From Tubiluchus corallicola (taxonomy: Eukaryota > Animalia > Priapulida), in contig JAQGDQ010000166.1 of assembly GCA_030141605.1 (NCBI GenBank), forward strand, positions 309,658 to 373,657: a stretch of DNA of 64,000 bases. The letters are read 5' to 3'. A program made the translations under genes and the position numbers. Positions 1 through 11,944 of the stretch are shown piece by piece. Numbering within the stretch: the stretch's first letter is position 1; each line of letters begins with the position of its first letter. The notes under the pieces are model-generated. The model was not told the origin of the DNA. It saw nothing but the letters and a program-made list of their open reading frames with translations, and did not search any database.

Positions 1-1070
1 ACTAGTCTACAACCCACATGTACTTACAGTGCGACTAGTCTACAACTCACATACTTACAGTGGGACTAGTCTACAACCCACATGTACTTACAGTGCGACT
101 AGTTTACAACTCACGTACTTACAGTGGGACTAGTCTACAACCCACATGTACTTACAGTGCGACTAGTCTACAACTTACGTACTTACAGTGGGACTAGTCT
201 ACAACCCACATGTACTTACAGTGCGACTAGTCTACAACTCACATACTTACAGTGGGACTAGTCTACAACCCACATGTACTTACAGTGCGACTAGTTTACA
301 ACTCACGTACTTACAGTGGGACTAGTCTACAACCCACATGTACTTACAGTGCGACTAGTCTACAACTCACGTACTTACAGTGGGACTAGTCTACAACCCA
401 CATGTACTTACAGTGCGACTAGTCTACAACTCACATACTTACAGTGGGACTAGTCTACAACCCACATGTACTTACAGTGCGACTAGTCTACAACCCACAT
501 GTACTTACACTGGGACTAGTCTACAACCCACATGTACTTACACTGGGACTAGTCTACAACCCACATGTACTTACAGTGGGACTAGTCTATAACCCGCATG
601 TACTTACAGTGGGACCAGTCTATAATTCACATACTTACAGCGGGACTAGTTTACAACCCACATGTACTTGCAGTGGGATTAGTCTACAACCCACATGTAC
701 TTACAGTGCGACTAGTCTACAACTCACATACATACAGTGGGACTAGTTTACAACCCACACATACTTACAGTGGGACTAGTTTACAACCCACATGTACTTA
801 CAGTGGGACTAGTCTATAACTCACATGTACTTACAGTGGGACTAGTCTACAACCCACATGTACTTACAGAGCGACCAGTCTATAACCTACATGTACTTAC
901 AGTGGGACTAGTCTACAACCCACACATACTTACAGTGGGACTAGTTTACAACCCACATGTACTTACAGTGGGACTAGTCTATAACTCACATGTACTTACA
1001 GTGGGACAAGTCTACAACCCACATGTACTTACAGAGCGACCAGTCTATAACCTACATGTACTTACAGTAC
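1..1070. repeat. Minisatellite of 33-bp and 31-bp units (ACTAGTCTACAACCCACATGTACTTACAGTGGG), alternating as a 64-bp dimer at the left end
   Basis: Direct tandem periodicity; the array decays toward 1070 and is cut by the window start. It explains ORFs 380-1090. Confidence 0.97.
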
Positions 1071-1239
1071 ACATGTCTCCACTCTTATAGATTTCTTCTG
1101 GCGTATATTATTAGCATGGGAAGATCCGCCCAAAGTTATGGGTTTATTAATTTACTGCTGGGAGTAAGTTCAAGAGAACACTGTCACTTATCCGGACTGA
1201 AATGATGTGGTATAAAATCAGTCAAGCGAATTCATTTAA

Positions 1240-1851
1240 AGCAAAACCGGATCCAATCTTAAACTGTAGGTTAAAACAATCTACTCTTTAAAATATTTAA
1301 AGAAAATATACTATTTTTTCTAAAATGACACGTGAAAGAATTATTATCACAATTTCAAGTTCGCATCACTAGTTCTTCTCTGTTACATGCATTTCACCAT
1401 TCTCTAGTTAGAAGGTCACTAGCGCCTGCAATTCAAAAAGCATTGCACAAAAAACAGGTGCAGTACCTCTCAGTTCAGATGTCTTAGTTTGTGACAAACT
1501 ACACACGTTTGACAGCTCATGCATGAGCACAGAGTAAATTTTAAGTTTTAATTTTCATTTTAAAACTTTCCAGTTTTAGAACAAAACACTGAATATCTTA
1601 CATTAGCACTGTACTTCAATTTTCGCTTTTGCAAACATGTGCAACATGCTCGTGAAATATTCTTGCTGTTGAAAATTATGTTAGTTTGTGATGTCATCAA
1701 TAGTTGGTCTCACTCGCCGTTTCCGTTAACTAATTTTTTAATATATTATTTAACTACTAGAGACGCTTTTGCAGTATTAATTGTGTTAAAATGTATACTT
1801 ATTATTGTACTTGAAAATAGGGTCGTATATGAAAAATCATCCCGTCTTCCT
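1240..1851 (+). mobile_element. Non-autonomous DNA transposon family A (Kolobok-type, TTAA target)
   Basis: TTAA|AGCAAAACCGGAT...ATCCCGTCTTCCT|TTAA, an imperfect TIR starting with AG. Related copies at ~15230-15790, ~31810-31995, 36422-37461 and ~52780-53298. Confidence 0.75.
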
Positions 1852-1934
1852 TTAAATAAAGGGTGTTACGTGGGTGCATAGCGAGTCACATCAGACACGA
1901 ATGATAAAAACCACCATGCCATAAGCAGGTTTTT

Positions 1935-2170
1935 ATGTACACTGGGGGTATTCTGAAATCATTGCATTACTTTGACCTTTGACCTGATGACTGAAACGAG
2001 ACCAGTTCTAATGTACACTGGAAATACTTCCAAATCACTGCATTATGATGACATTTGACCTGCTGACTGAAAAGCAACCAATTTTAATGTACACTAATAA
2101 TACTTCTAAATCACTGCATTACTTTGACCTTTGACCTGCTGACTGAAAAGAAGCCAGTTCTAGTGGACAC
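1935..2170. repeat. About 3 degenerate tandem copies of a ~75-bp unit
   Basis: Recurring AAATCACTGCATTA..TTTGACCTG(A/C)TGACTGAAA..CCAGTTCTA..GTACAC. Confidence 0.75.
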
Positions 2171-2280
2171 AGAGTCGTGTATGCGACATTCATAGAATTA
2201 CTTCTATCATTCAAAAATCTCAGCTCACAAGAATAAAAAATCAAGTACAGTGTATCTACAAAATATAAAAATTTACATAC

Positions 2281-2381
2281 GTGTAGTACAATTCGTTTTT
2301 GGGTCCCATCCACTGCAGCATTCCTGGACCTTTTTATATCTTGTTATCGTCTGTAGTCTCTCCTCCTGGCGGTAAGATGTC
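2281..2381 (-). CDS. EMI-domain protein, coding exon 3 (TSYRQEERLQTITRYKKVQECCSGWDPKTNCTT)
   Basis: Acceptor ttgcacag and donor gtatgt; 101 bp, phase 2->1; carries the EMI C-terminal CCxGW motif in frame with exon 2. Confidence 0.9.
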
Positions 2382-3015
2382 CTGTGCAACATCAGAAAAC
2401 AAATCCACAAATTTATTATTTATTAGGCACAAGAAATAAATATATATATGTTATACATGAGTAAATGTAAACAGCAAAATTATGCAGCCGTGATCAATAC
2501 AAAGTTTGTGCCTATGATTAGGTGCCATGGATGAAAGCAAGGAACTAAATCCTCAAACAGGTCACTGCCTGTTATCCATCACCATTTTTGGTGCAATCGT
2601 GGTGCCTAAAATGGTGCTTGCTAACACCAAAGTTAAAATTGGCTAAATCCTAGCAAAACTTCTCTTTCCACGAAGGATAAGATACATCCTAACAGGGGAT
2701 AAATTTACTGCAAACGCAACACAAAAGAAACAAGCTTAAACAAATATGGCCAATAAATCAATGCAAACCAGTTACAATGCATCATGTTTGCATTAGTGCT
2801 GGAGTCACGTTTTGCGTTCTTAGAAAGTGAACTTGCCTGGTAACGCCTGCAGCAATGTTATGCATGCGTATGCAGCCTAGTACTTCAGCCAAATGTGAAC
2901 ACCAAAACAGTGTAAAACAGCTTTTGTTTTGCATTTAAAAAATCAATACTAGCTGCAACTATACCAATAGGAATAAGCTTTGAAGCAAGATATTCTTATA
3001 GCCATACCTGATGAA

Positions 3016-3723
3016 AGGACAAACAGGGTACCTTAAATAGGCTTCAGGAAAATCGCCTGTATCACTTTACACCAATTTTATGATCATATCGTATTTGTGT
3101 TGAAAGGATTTTTCGTTTGCTTTCATTTTGAATCTCCCCGCGATACTGTTCCAACTGCGCCATCACATGACGTCATATACGCACAACGTAAATCAGGGGA
3201 AGAAAAGGAAATGTTAAATTATGTCCCAAAAAACTTTCCATGCAAAGTTATATTACTTAGCATTTCGCTTATCAGCTTGAAAGACTTAGGTAACTAGAAA
3301 AGAAAATTATTGATTATTTAAAACGTTTTCACCAATTGGTAAAATGTCGGTGACTCACCTCCAGGGTGCAGCACTCGTTAACAAAAAAATGTTTTTAATC
3401 TTATTAAAAAGATACAGTAATTTAAAATTTTACTTTGAATAAGAGCATTCGTAGCATACATGCTGCTAACTAAGTAAAATTTTAACATTATTTTAATTAA
3501 AACATTATTTTTCAAACTTTACTCAGTGTTATCTAAACTTGTTTCAAATGACCTACCATCAAAATGGCTGCACCTAAACGTAATTGAGGGAGTTTAGATT
3601 TACATGTTTAAAACAGTGTTACTGCCGACGCAAGCCCTGCAAGCAGCAAGGCACTATGTAAGTGGTATAAAATTTCAAGACGAATTTTTTAAGCTTCATG
3701 TAAGTGGAGGGTTTTCCTGTGCT
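3016..3723 (+). mobile_element. Non-autonomous DNA transposon family B (Kolobok-type), degenerate copy
   Basis: Collinear with the copies at 23494, 26110 and 58903; ends resemble AGGACAAGAAAA / TTTTCTTGTGCT. Confidence 0.8.
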
Positions 3724-4230
3724 TTGAGCTACATAAATAATGCTTCATGTGCTCAATCCCTTAAAAATAAGCAGGAGAGGTACCATATAATATATTTAAT
3801 CTTGCTCAAAAACTGAAGTGCATGCCGGAAAGTCTTACGGTACATTTAGACAAGTGACATTTCGGTCTCAAGTTTTCTCTCTGACAGCAAACTTGCAAAG
3901 TGTGAACTGTTTCGCGAGTTACTGTCCACAAGAAATTGCAAACTCTGTGGGTTGATTTACTGTCTAGTGTGAACGCATCGGCGAGTTACTCTCGACAATT
4001 CTCACGGCGAATAGAGGTTATTCATCGGCTCACGCTTACTGTCGGACAGTAACTCTCTGCGAGTTTTGCTTTCTACTCTGAACATGCTTGCGAGTTACTC
4101 ACTAGACTTAGTGCACCATTATTTTAACAGCCAGCCTCGGCATATAAGCTGGTCTATGTTAACACTGTAAAGCTTACAAATGATTGCCAACAGTACATAA
4201 AAATGTAAATAAGTGTCATACAATACAAAC

Positions 4231-4350
4231 CTGTATCTATCGTTGCAATTTTTAGTGAGCCAGCTCCAAAACTTTGACCATTTACTACACTCGGGTGTGT
4301 ATCTTTCCGTATACGATACTTGTACCGACAGAGTTACGTCTTCATCAAAG
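4231..4350 (-). CDS. EMI-domain protein, coding exon 2 (FDEDVTLSVQVSYTERYTPECSKWSKFWSWLTKNCNDRYR)
   Basis: Acceptor aatttcag and donor AG|gtttgt; 120 bp, phase 2->2; open frame joins exons 1 and 3; EMI Cys and YRTxYR pattern. Confidence 0.9.
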
Positions 4351-6291
4351 CTGAAATTATTTATTATTAATTTTAATAAATTTTCACATTTGACTGCTAT
4401 TGATTACTAACACAATTTTGAATTCCTATAACATTAAAAGAACAGAAAACGGAAGTTTACAGTATATCACAAAAAACTTTCCCTGCAAAAATTATATTAC
4501 TTAGCAATATGCTTACCTGTTTGAAAGACTTAAGTATTTGTTAGGCGATCCACATAAAAAATTGTTTCTATCTTACCTCATGAGCTCAAAAGATGTCAGT
4601 AGGGAGGAATTTTTTTTAAACTTTGTTTAAAGCTGAATTGTGGAATATTTAAAATCAGTTGAAATCAAAGATTGTTTATTTCCCACTGGTTAACAGTAAT
4701 GTTTTAAATTTTTGCAATGCACAATTTTTCAAGCTTTGCTTTTTAGTTTCGCATTACCAAATTTTCGTATAATTATCAATTATTGTATAATATAATCTCT
4801 TTTTGTATCATATACGGTATAAGCGGCAACACTACTCGGTCGTTAATACACCGATTTGGCGGAAAATTTGATACTTTTTAGGCTTCAATACAATAAGCAT
4901 CATACAAAAGGGCAACCCTGGTAGAGAGTTAGCCGTGGAAAAACATGGCCATGTCCAGCGTTCCCCAAAAGAACTATTGCTATAATAATTATTGTGTTTT
5001 ACATTTTAAATTAAAAAAATACACTTTTATATGACTGCGTCAAGTAAGTATATATAAACGTACAAAAAAAACTTGTAAAATTCCCGGAGGGGTGTGCAAT
5101 AAAAAATATTACCCGGGCGATTTGACAGAAACAGAAGTATTTTTATTGTCAGCCGAAAACATTATTTGATAAAATTAACTTGTAACTAAATATCTTTATC
5201 TCATGAAAATATGTTTCACCATCAAAGCAATTCTCTTTTCTTATTACTTGAATTTACTGTAACCTACTACATTTCATAGGTGCAAAACATCTTACTAAGT
5301 CCACTTTAACTCTGCTAGTGTCTGGCATGTATTCTGAACAGTTTTAATGGTAACATGTACATTGTTTACTATTTTTACAAAAGCATATTTAACAGTCACG
5401 AGTATGTAACTCTTGTTGTAATAAAAGTAAACTACTTTGTCTATCTCAACTACAGTTTCAAGAGTAAAAAAAATTACAGTGCTCAGTTAAGAGTCTAAAT
5501 TTTCAGAGTCCAGGTTGGTTGACTTTGATAACTTTTAGTTCTTTGCCACCCTCTAACCAATCAGTTTAATATCATATCTCAGATAAATTAATTATCATAA
5601 TAATTTTGTTACACTGTAACCTATTATCATTTCATGCACTGTGTTTTTCTTCTAAAAAGGTGATAAATAAAAATACTTACTTACTTACTAGTCTGCTAGA
5701 TGCACTCACTTCCCATGGAATTACTGGCTTATTTAAGTTTACTACGATAATTTAATGCACTACACACTACACTAAACTCACATCAATCTAAGCAAAGTAC
5801 TGCATTATTTGATTTGTTAGAAACAGTGCTCATTGACAATAATTTTTCCAAATGAAAACTAAACAAATGCTCTTGTCTTGGCTATTTTTCAACCTTTATT
5901 TAACCGTCACCAAAACTGCTGCAAAAAGTTGTTCTTATCAATTTAAAATCCTAATATTATTATTATTACTAGTAGTAGTAGTAGTAATATAATAATAAAT
6001 TCCACACTCTATTACCAGATGTCCATACTCACGGGTATATCACTCGCCACCATCTAAAATACCCCTTACCTTGAATCAAGAACAGTTTTATCTCATATGG
6101 CTTATTTTTTTTCCTAACTTAAATTTCGAAATGTTTCCAAGTTATTTAATTCATATTTCTTATAACAGTGTAACAGTGCTTTTCCCTGTACGTTCTACTT
6201 TACTTATTCTTTTTAAAAAAACTTATTATTATTATTATAAACTTATTATTACAATCATGATACAGGTACGTGAAGCATGATTATTCCTCAC

Positions 6292-6422
6292 CTTTCTGTT
6301 CGACTACATATCCGACGTTTGTCATTGGAAAACTTCGGAGAAGGCACATTCGCAAAAGTTATCGTAATTACTAACGCAAATATGTACACACTTAATAAAA
6401 CGCCTTTCGTGATAGGCGCCAT
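6292..6422 (-). CDS. EMI-domain protein, coding exon 1 with signal peptide (MAPITKGVLLSVYIFALVITITFANVPSPKFSNDKRRICSRTE)
   Basis: ATG at 6422, hydrophobic signal-like segment, first EMI Cys, donor AG|gtgagg in phase 2 matching exon 2. The N-terminus is MEGF10/Draper-like; orthology cannot be determined here. Confidence 0.88.
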
Positions 6423-8336
6423 CGTTACCCATGAAGAACCTTCCCTTACATTAACCTCACGGTTGCACTGTTTAGTGTACACTCACGTTACTCAGCAAGT
6501 CAGCATCGTACACATCAAGCAAGTTCATGGATTTCACTTTTATCAGTGCAGTGGCCACATCTCGCGGCAACAATCTGCACTAACTGTTTGAACCAAAGAT
6601 TTGCACCTCGGGTCTGACGGACTTTGACCTTATGGCCTTTTTCGTAGGTTTGGCTCACGGCTTCACGCCCACAGATAGATGCACGTGCGCAGAGAAAGAG
6701 GCAGAGGTGATCGTGGATTATGGACAGAGGACGAGGGCATTGTCAGCAAAGTTCAAATTGAACAATAATGCGGAAAAATAAAGAGAACTACAAAAAGCAC
6801 TGATAATCTTTGGTATAATATATAGGCGTCCCAATCATATTAACTCGGCAGATCATCACACTCACTGAGCAGGGGTGAGCATCGAAAGTTCGAATTATTT
6901 CGATTAGCATAATATCGAAGTTGACAAGTTACATCATGGTCGCACTGACGCACGTGCGTCCACAGAATTTCTTCACATAATTTTTTTATGGCTAAATAAA
7001 GTTTTTTAGCAGTAAACCAGAAAAACACTCCAACCCCTTGTTTGTTTGCGGAATCCCCGAGCAGTAAGCTAATTTGCATAGTGAAGTTATGTTTATGTAT
7101 ACCACTTACATGGTGTCTATTCTCTTATCGATTTGCGCTCTCTAGAGAGTTTTTAGCTAACTGTGACTGCACTTCTGCATTTAGAGGGTGGGCCGAAGGG
7201 GTCGGGACCCCCCTTTCACGGTAGTAGTAAAATTATGAGTCACGAGTTTGAGGCGAACTTGCCTGAGAAAAAAATAGCTTCTAGCAACCGCAAAATGGTC
7301 TATAATGCAGTAAAATTTCCAATGGGAAAAGTTAACAGCGGGTCGGCTCAAATCAGTTTTATGTTTGACTATCCACATTTTGCTGGATAAATAATCTTGA
7401 CACTAAATAAATTAAGCTTAAGTAATGGGTCATCCGCATTACAGTGTATTACAAACTTGCTTTTAAGATACATGACTACTACAATAAAATACAACGAATA
7501 TTATCTAGGTAAATGTAGGTAAAATATATTTATTAATTCACGTTTGAGGAAGTCTATGTATCAGAATTTAGATCTCATTTGAGGCCTCCAAAATGTGCTT
7601 AAATATAGGAAAATGCGTAAATATTCGAACATAGCTTACATCGCTCCCCCAGACCCCCTAGCTGCTTGTGCGTCCAATTTTTTAACCACTGGTGACGCCT
7701 ATGAGCTACATTGCAGCAGTATAGTAGTGTAGTACTGCAGTATACTACATTACTGTAGTATAGTTAATTTTTGGCATACTAGCTGCACAAGTATGCTTAG
7801 TAGAGCAGCCAGAAACTAAAGACTTGCATTTGAAAAGAAGTTTAAATCATCCTGGTAGCTATAAAAGTAGGGAAAATCATTTACTTTAAAACTGTGGCAG
7901 AATGTCGTAAGATTGCACTTTTATATTTAATGGTATAACTTGGTAATTGTCAACTTACTTGTAAAACACTATTAGAAGCTGCTAACAATGTACTAGAAAT
8001 GTTTAATGCATTTGCATACGTAGATACGCAAGAAAAGTGTTATACTATTTTAACACACTACAAGTACTTATTAAAAGCATCTGAGTGTAATTAGAACGCA
8101 ATATTGTGCCATTGCTAACCTCTTCTGTGCAAAGAATTTTTCCACTTGAAACAATAGTTAATCATAAAAAATCGATAATGTCGGCGAAAAGGACGGCTCT
8201 ATAGAGTTATTCGCAAGCGGTTAACCCAAAAAATAAACGTAGAGAAATGAAGCCAATACGACGGGAGAATAACTGACGATGTTCAGAATTTTAAAAATCA
8301 ATGGCGGCTTGCTGTTGCAATTTCACAAGATTTAAT

Positions 8337-8713
8337 TTGGGGTGAGCAGCGAACGTTCGCACTCGATTCGAACTTAAAACTGTAGATTCGAATAGTTCAT
8401 CACTTTAATCACATACATTCTTCATCATTAAAACGACTGAAACATCATGCAATTAGCATGATTTAGCTGTGATTTCTGTGCACAATTTTAAACAAATTAC
8501 CAGTTGTTTTATTGCAGAACAAAATCGAGTGATATGTATGATATTTGTAAGACTAATTCTTACTGGTGGTTCGAAAACTTGTTCGAATTTCCTGCAATCT
8601 CAATTCTAATTCAGTTCGAATTCGGAACACTGAAGTTCGGTTCGATTCGAATTCGAAAGTCACAAATTCGGTTTGATTCGAATTCGCTTTCTGGTAGAGA
8701 ATGCTAACCCCTA
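8337..8713 (+). mobile_element. hAT-type MITE family D (rich in TTCGAA/GAATTC)
   Basis: Termini T(T)GGGGTGAGCA...TGCTAACCCCTA; 8-bp TSD GATTTAAT/GGTTTAAT. Related copies at 29046-29442, ~32000-32952 and ~51120-51300. Confidence 0.8.
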
Positions 8714-9634
8714 GGTTTAATACAGCATTGTAATGCAGTTATATGGACGAAGTGATACAAATCATCTTTAGCTTCATAAAATCAACATCTTTTGCCATTT
8801 TAAAGGTGACTTCCATTGGGTTTTATTTCTCTGTTATTTGTATTTTTATTGATCTGTCTTGCGTATTTATGTTTTGTGTGCGCGCGCGTGTGCGTGTGTG
8901 TGTATGTATATATGTAAACATGTTATTAGTTTCTATCATAATTTTATAGTATAGCTAAGTGTTTTTCAATCTTTACACAATGCTATGTACTTTTAAATGT
9001 ATGAAGTAAATTTAAAATAAATGTAATAAATATGAAGAAATAATTAGAAGAAAAAATTCACGCATGCAGTCATTCGTGCAAATTATAAAATTCTTTGCCA
9101 CAGATTCGATTCTGTTTTGGATAAGCAATCACTAATTTGACCTAGAAAGTGCAATTTCCTGGTTATTAGCGAAGAGAAACCTTTCAACAGGGAAAACCTA
9201 TTAAGAGAATCGACGAAGCCTAATTAATTGTAGCATTCTGTAATGAACAAGCATTCCAATGTGCAGGTAATGCGCCTAATGTTCAAGGCGAGGCTGAGAA
9301 TCTCACAATTGCTTGAGTCAGACCAAAGAAAGATCAGTTGCATACTATTTACTTACATAAAGCTAAAAAAGCTCGTCGCGAAATATTGTATCACTTACAT
9401 ACTGTCTTATTACACACAGAGCTTGTATTAGCAGCAACGCTGTGCAAAACTTGTAAATTTAAACTCCCGCGATGACCGTTAGCTGCAGCCATTTTAGCGG
9501 CAAGTCGTTTGGAACAAGTTTAGATAAGATTGCAAAAAGTTTGAAAAAGTAATCAGGGCATTTGTAGCGCACTCTCTTTATTAACTGAGCAAAAATTTAA
9601 ATTACTTGTCAATAAGATCAATAATATGTTTTAT

Positions 9635-9743
9635 GGTGAGAGAGAGGGGGGAGAGAGAAAGAGAGCGAAAGAGAGAGAGAGAGCGAGAAAGAGATAGAAA
9701 GAGAGAGAGCGCGAAAGAGAAAGAGAGAGAAGAGAGAGTGAGT

Positions 9744-9807
<64 letters not shown>

Positions 9808-9956
9808 CAGACACACAGAGAGAGTAAGACAGAGAAAGAGAGAGGCGGAGAGAGAGAGAAAGAGGAAAGAAAGAGAGGGAGAGAGAAGAAAAGAGAGAGA
9901 GAAAGAGAGAGAGGGAGAGAGAAAGAGAGAGAGGAGGAGAGAGAGAGAGAAAGAGA

Positions 9957-9997
<41 letters not shown>

Positions 9998-10071
9998 GAA
10001 GAGAGGGGAAAAGAGAGAGAGGGAGAAAAAGAGAGAGAGGGAGAGAGCCGAAGGGCGAGCGAGAAAGAGGG

Positions 10072-10112
<41 letters not shown>

Positions 10113-10117
10113 AGAGA

Positions 10118-10161
<44 letters not shown>

Positions 10162-10173
10162 GAGAGAGAGAGA

Positions 10174-10215
<42 letters not shown>

Positions 10216-10287
10216 AGAGAGGGGAAAAGAGAGAGAGGGAGAAAAAGAGAGAGAGGGAGAGAGCCGAAGGGCGAGCGAGAAAGAGGG

Positions 10288-10339
<52 letters not shown>

Positions 10340-10350
10340 CAGAGAGAGAG
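9635..10350. repeat. (GA)n-rich polypurine array with an internal duplication
   Basis: Direct inspection; the block containing GAGCCGAAGGGCGAGCGAG occurs twice. It explains ORFs 9602-10415. Confidence 0.97.
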
Positions 10351-10697
10351 ATTTTCATTGGAACTTTGGAACATGGAAACTTTGTTTTGCCGTACGCCGC
10401 CGGAGTTTTCATTGATTAACTAAGAAGAGATGGGAGCACCCCCCCCCCCCCATAAACGAAGTACGGAACGTCATCCGACTTACAGCAATGCCGGCCACGT
10501 TTGGAAAATTTTACACATTTTCTTATGCAAACAGATAAATTTATCTCGAAAGCAGAATCAGACGCAATAAAGCTTCATTATTTAGGAAACTTTACAACAA
10601 ATGTCAAATTTCCGCAAAATTTTGATTACAGTGGCGTACGCCAAAAAGGGTGCGACACCGCATGCGCAGAACAGAGCCCTTCACGTTTCTATTAAAC

Positions 10698-10840
10698 ACT
10701 CTCTTTTGCTGCTCCTCTCTCTGTCCTTCCCCCTACCTCTCTCTTCTCTCTCTTTCTCTGTCTCTTTCTCTCTGTCTCTCTCCCTCCCCGCTCTCTTAAT
10801 CTCTCTCTTTCGCGCTCTCTCTCTCTCTCTCTCTCCCTAC
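10698..10840. repeat. (CT)n-rich polypyrimidine tract
   Basis: Direct inspection. Confidence 0.9.
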
Positions 10841-11013
10841 CTATGTTACCACATTTTATAGCGTTCGAAGTAGGTTACTACTGTACACTAGCAATTGTAT
10901 TATAACTGCTATTATTAACTCACATAGACTTGTCAAATCTTGCTTTTTCTGAAACGGAACGATTTATTACATAACTAGCCTCTAAAATTTATTTAGCCTT
11001 TGATTTACTAACC

Positions 11014-11057
<44 letters not shown>

Positions 11058-11944
11058 CATACATATATATATATATACATATTACTCTTGTAATTTCTAT
11101 TCATTGTATTCTATTTCATTTTAATACTGTACTTGTATTTTATATGGTCTTAATTGCTGGAATAAAAATTTGAATTGAAGTGAAATGGCGGAGGAGTAGC
11201 ACTGAAATTTTCAGAAATACCTGCAAAAGTATAAGTGCGTTAGAGTGTCGTTAGAACTTTGTACTGTGTACTGACTGTTGCTCAATATGTGTATACGACA
11301 ACAAGAACAACAACAAAGACTTAGTAAGCACTTGGCACTGATTAAACTAGGTGCACAAATGTCTCCGACACGACTTTTCAGACTTGCAATTTGCAAACTC
11401 GGATATTCATTTTTGTTGAGCGCTTTCAAACTATATGACAAGCGATTAGCGAGAATCTTTAAAATGATTTACAGGAAGGAAATTATTCAATCAATAATGA
11501 AACAGCATTGTCACTAGGGTCAGTGCAATGAATGTTTTCACGTTTTCAACCTTTGCTGTTTATTCTAAGATTTCCCCTTTTGCTCGATCACCATCGAGAA
11601 CTTATTTTAGTATATGGATGACTTTTTGGCCTACCCGTTGCTTAGGTAACGGTTCGAGGCTGTAATCTTATAATCTTCGAATTGCCGTTAAGCATTAAAT
11701 GAAGCCATTTAGTGTGAGAAAATACAGGTGTGCCCGCGAAGACCGTGTTGTATGTTATAGTAAAACTGATTATTGGTATTTTGTCAACTTCAGTGTGATA
11801 CCGAGACGTGCAGATCGAGATATTTTGAATGAATAATAATTATGTATTTCCATCCTGTATTATGTAACTCACACGAACGTGTAGGTTAGAATAATCAAGT
11901 TTAGCGTATTATGGTTTTAGGTGTCTCGTGTCTAAACGTACTGC

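Noticed and set aside
1-1070. CRISPR-like appearance of 31-36-bp repeats (also 17435-17935 and 62120-62912)
   Set aside because: The units are head-to-tail with no unique spacers, there are no cas genes, and the context is eukaryotic.
1147-1196. Possible terminal exon (LRISDSVLLNLLPAVN*) that would make a short EMI-only secreted protein
   Set aside because: The phase is compatible and an AATAAA follows, but the pyrimidine tract is weak and there is no homology. An EGF-type exon outside the window is the more usual continuation; RNA-seq is needed.
1984-2005. CTGATGA..GAAAC hammerhead-like words
   Set aside because: Only 2 nt separate the core segments, so stem II cannot form, and the neighbouring repeat units lack the motif.
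4541-5160. Possible TIR element (GGCGATCCACATAAAAA ... TTTTTATTGTCAGCC)
   Set aside because: The terminal match is too degenerate and there is no second copy in the window.
9602-10415. SL-, RE- and ER-repeat ORFs (also poly-I/Y/M ORFs at 31.2, 41.5, 52.1, 54.6, 56.6 and 61.4 kb)
   Set aside because: These are microsatellite translations.
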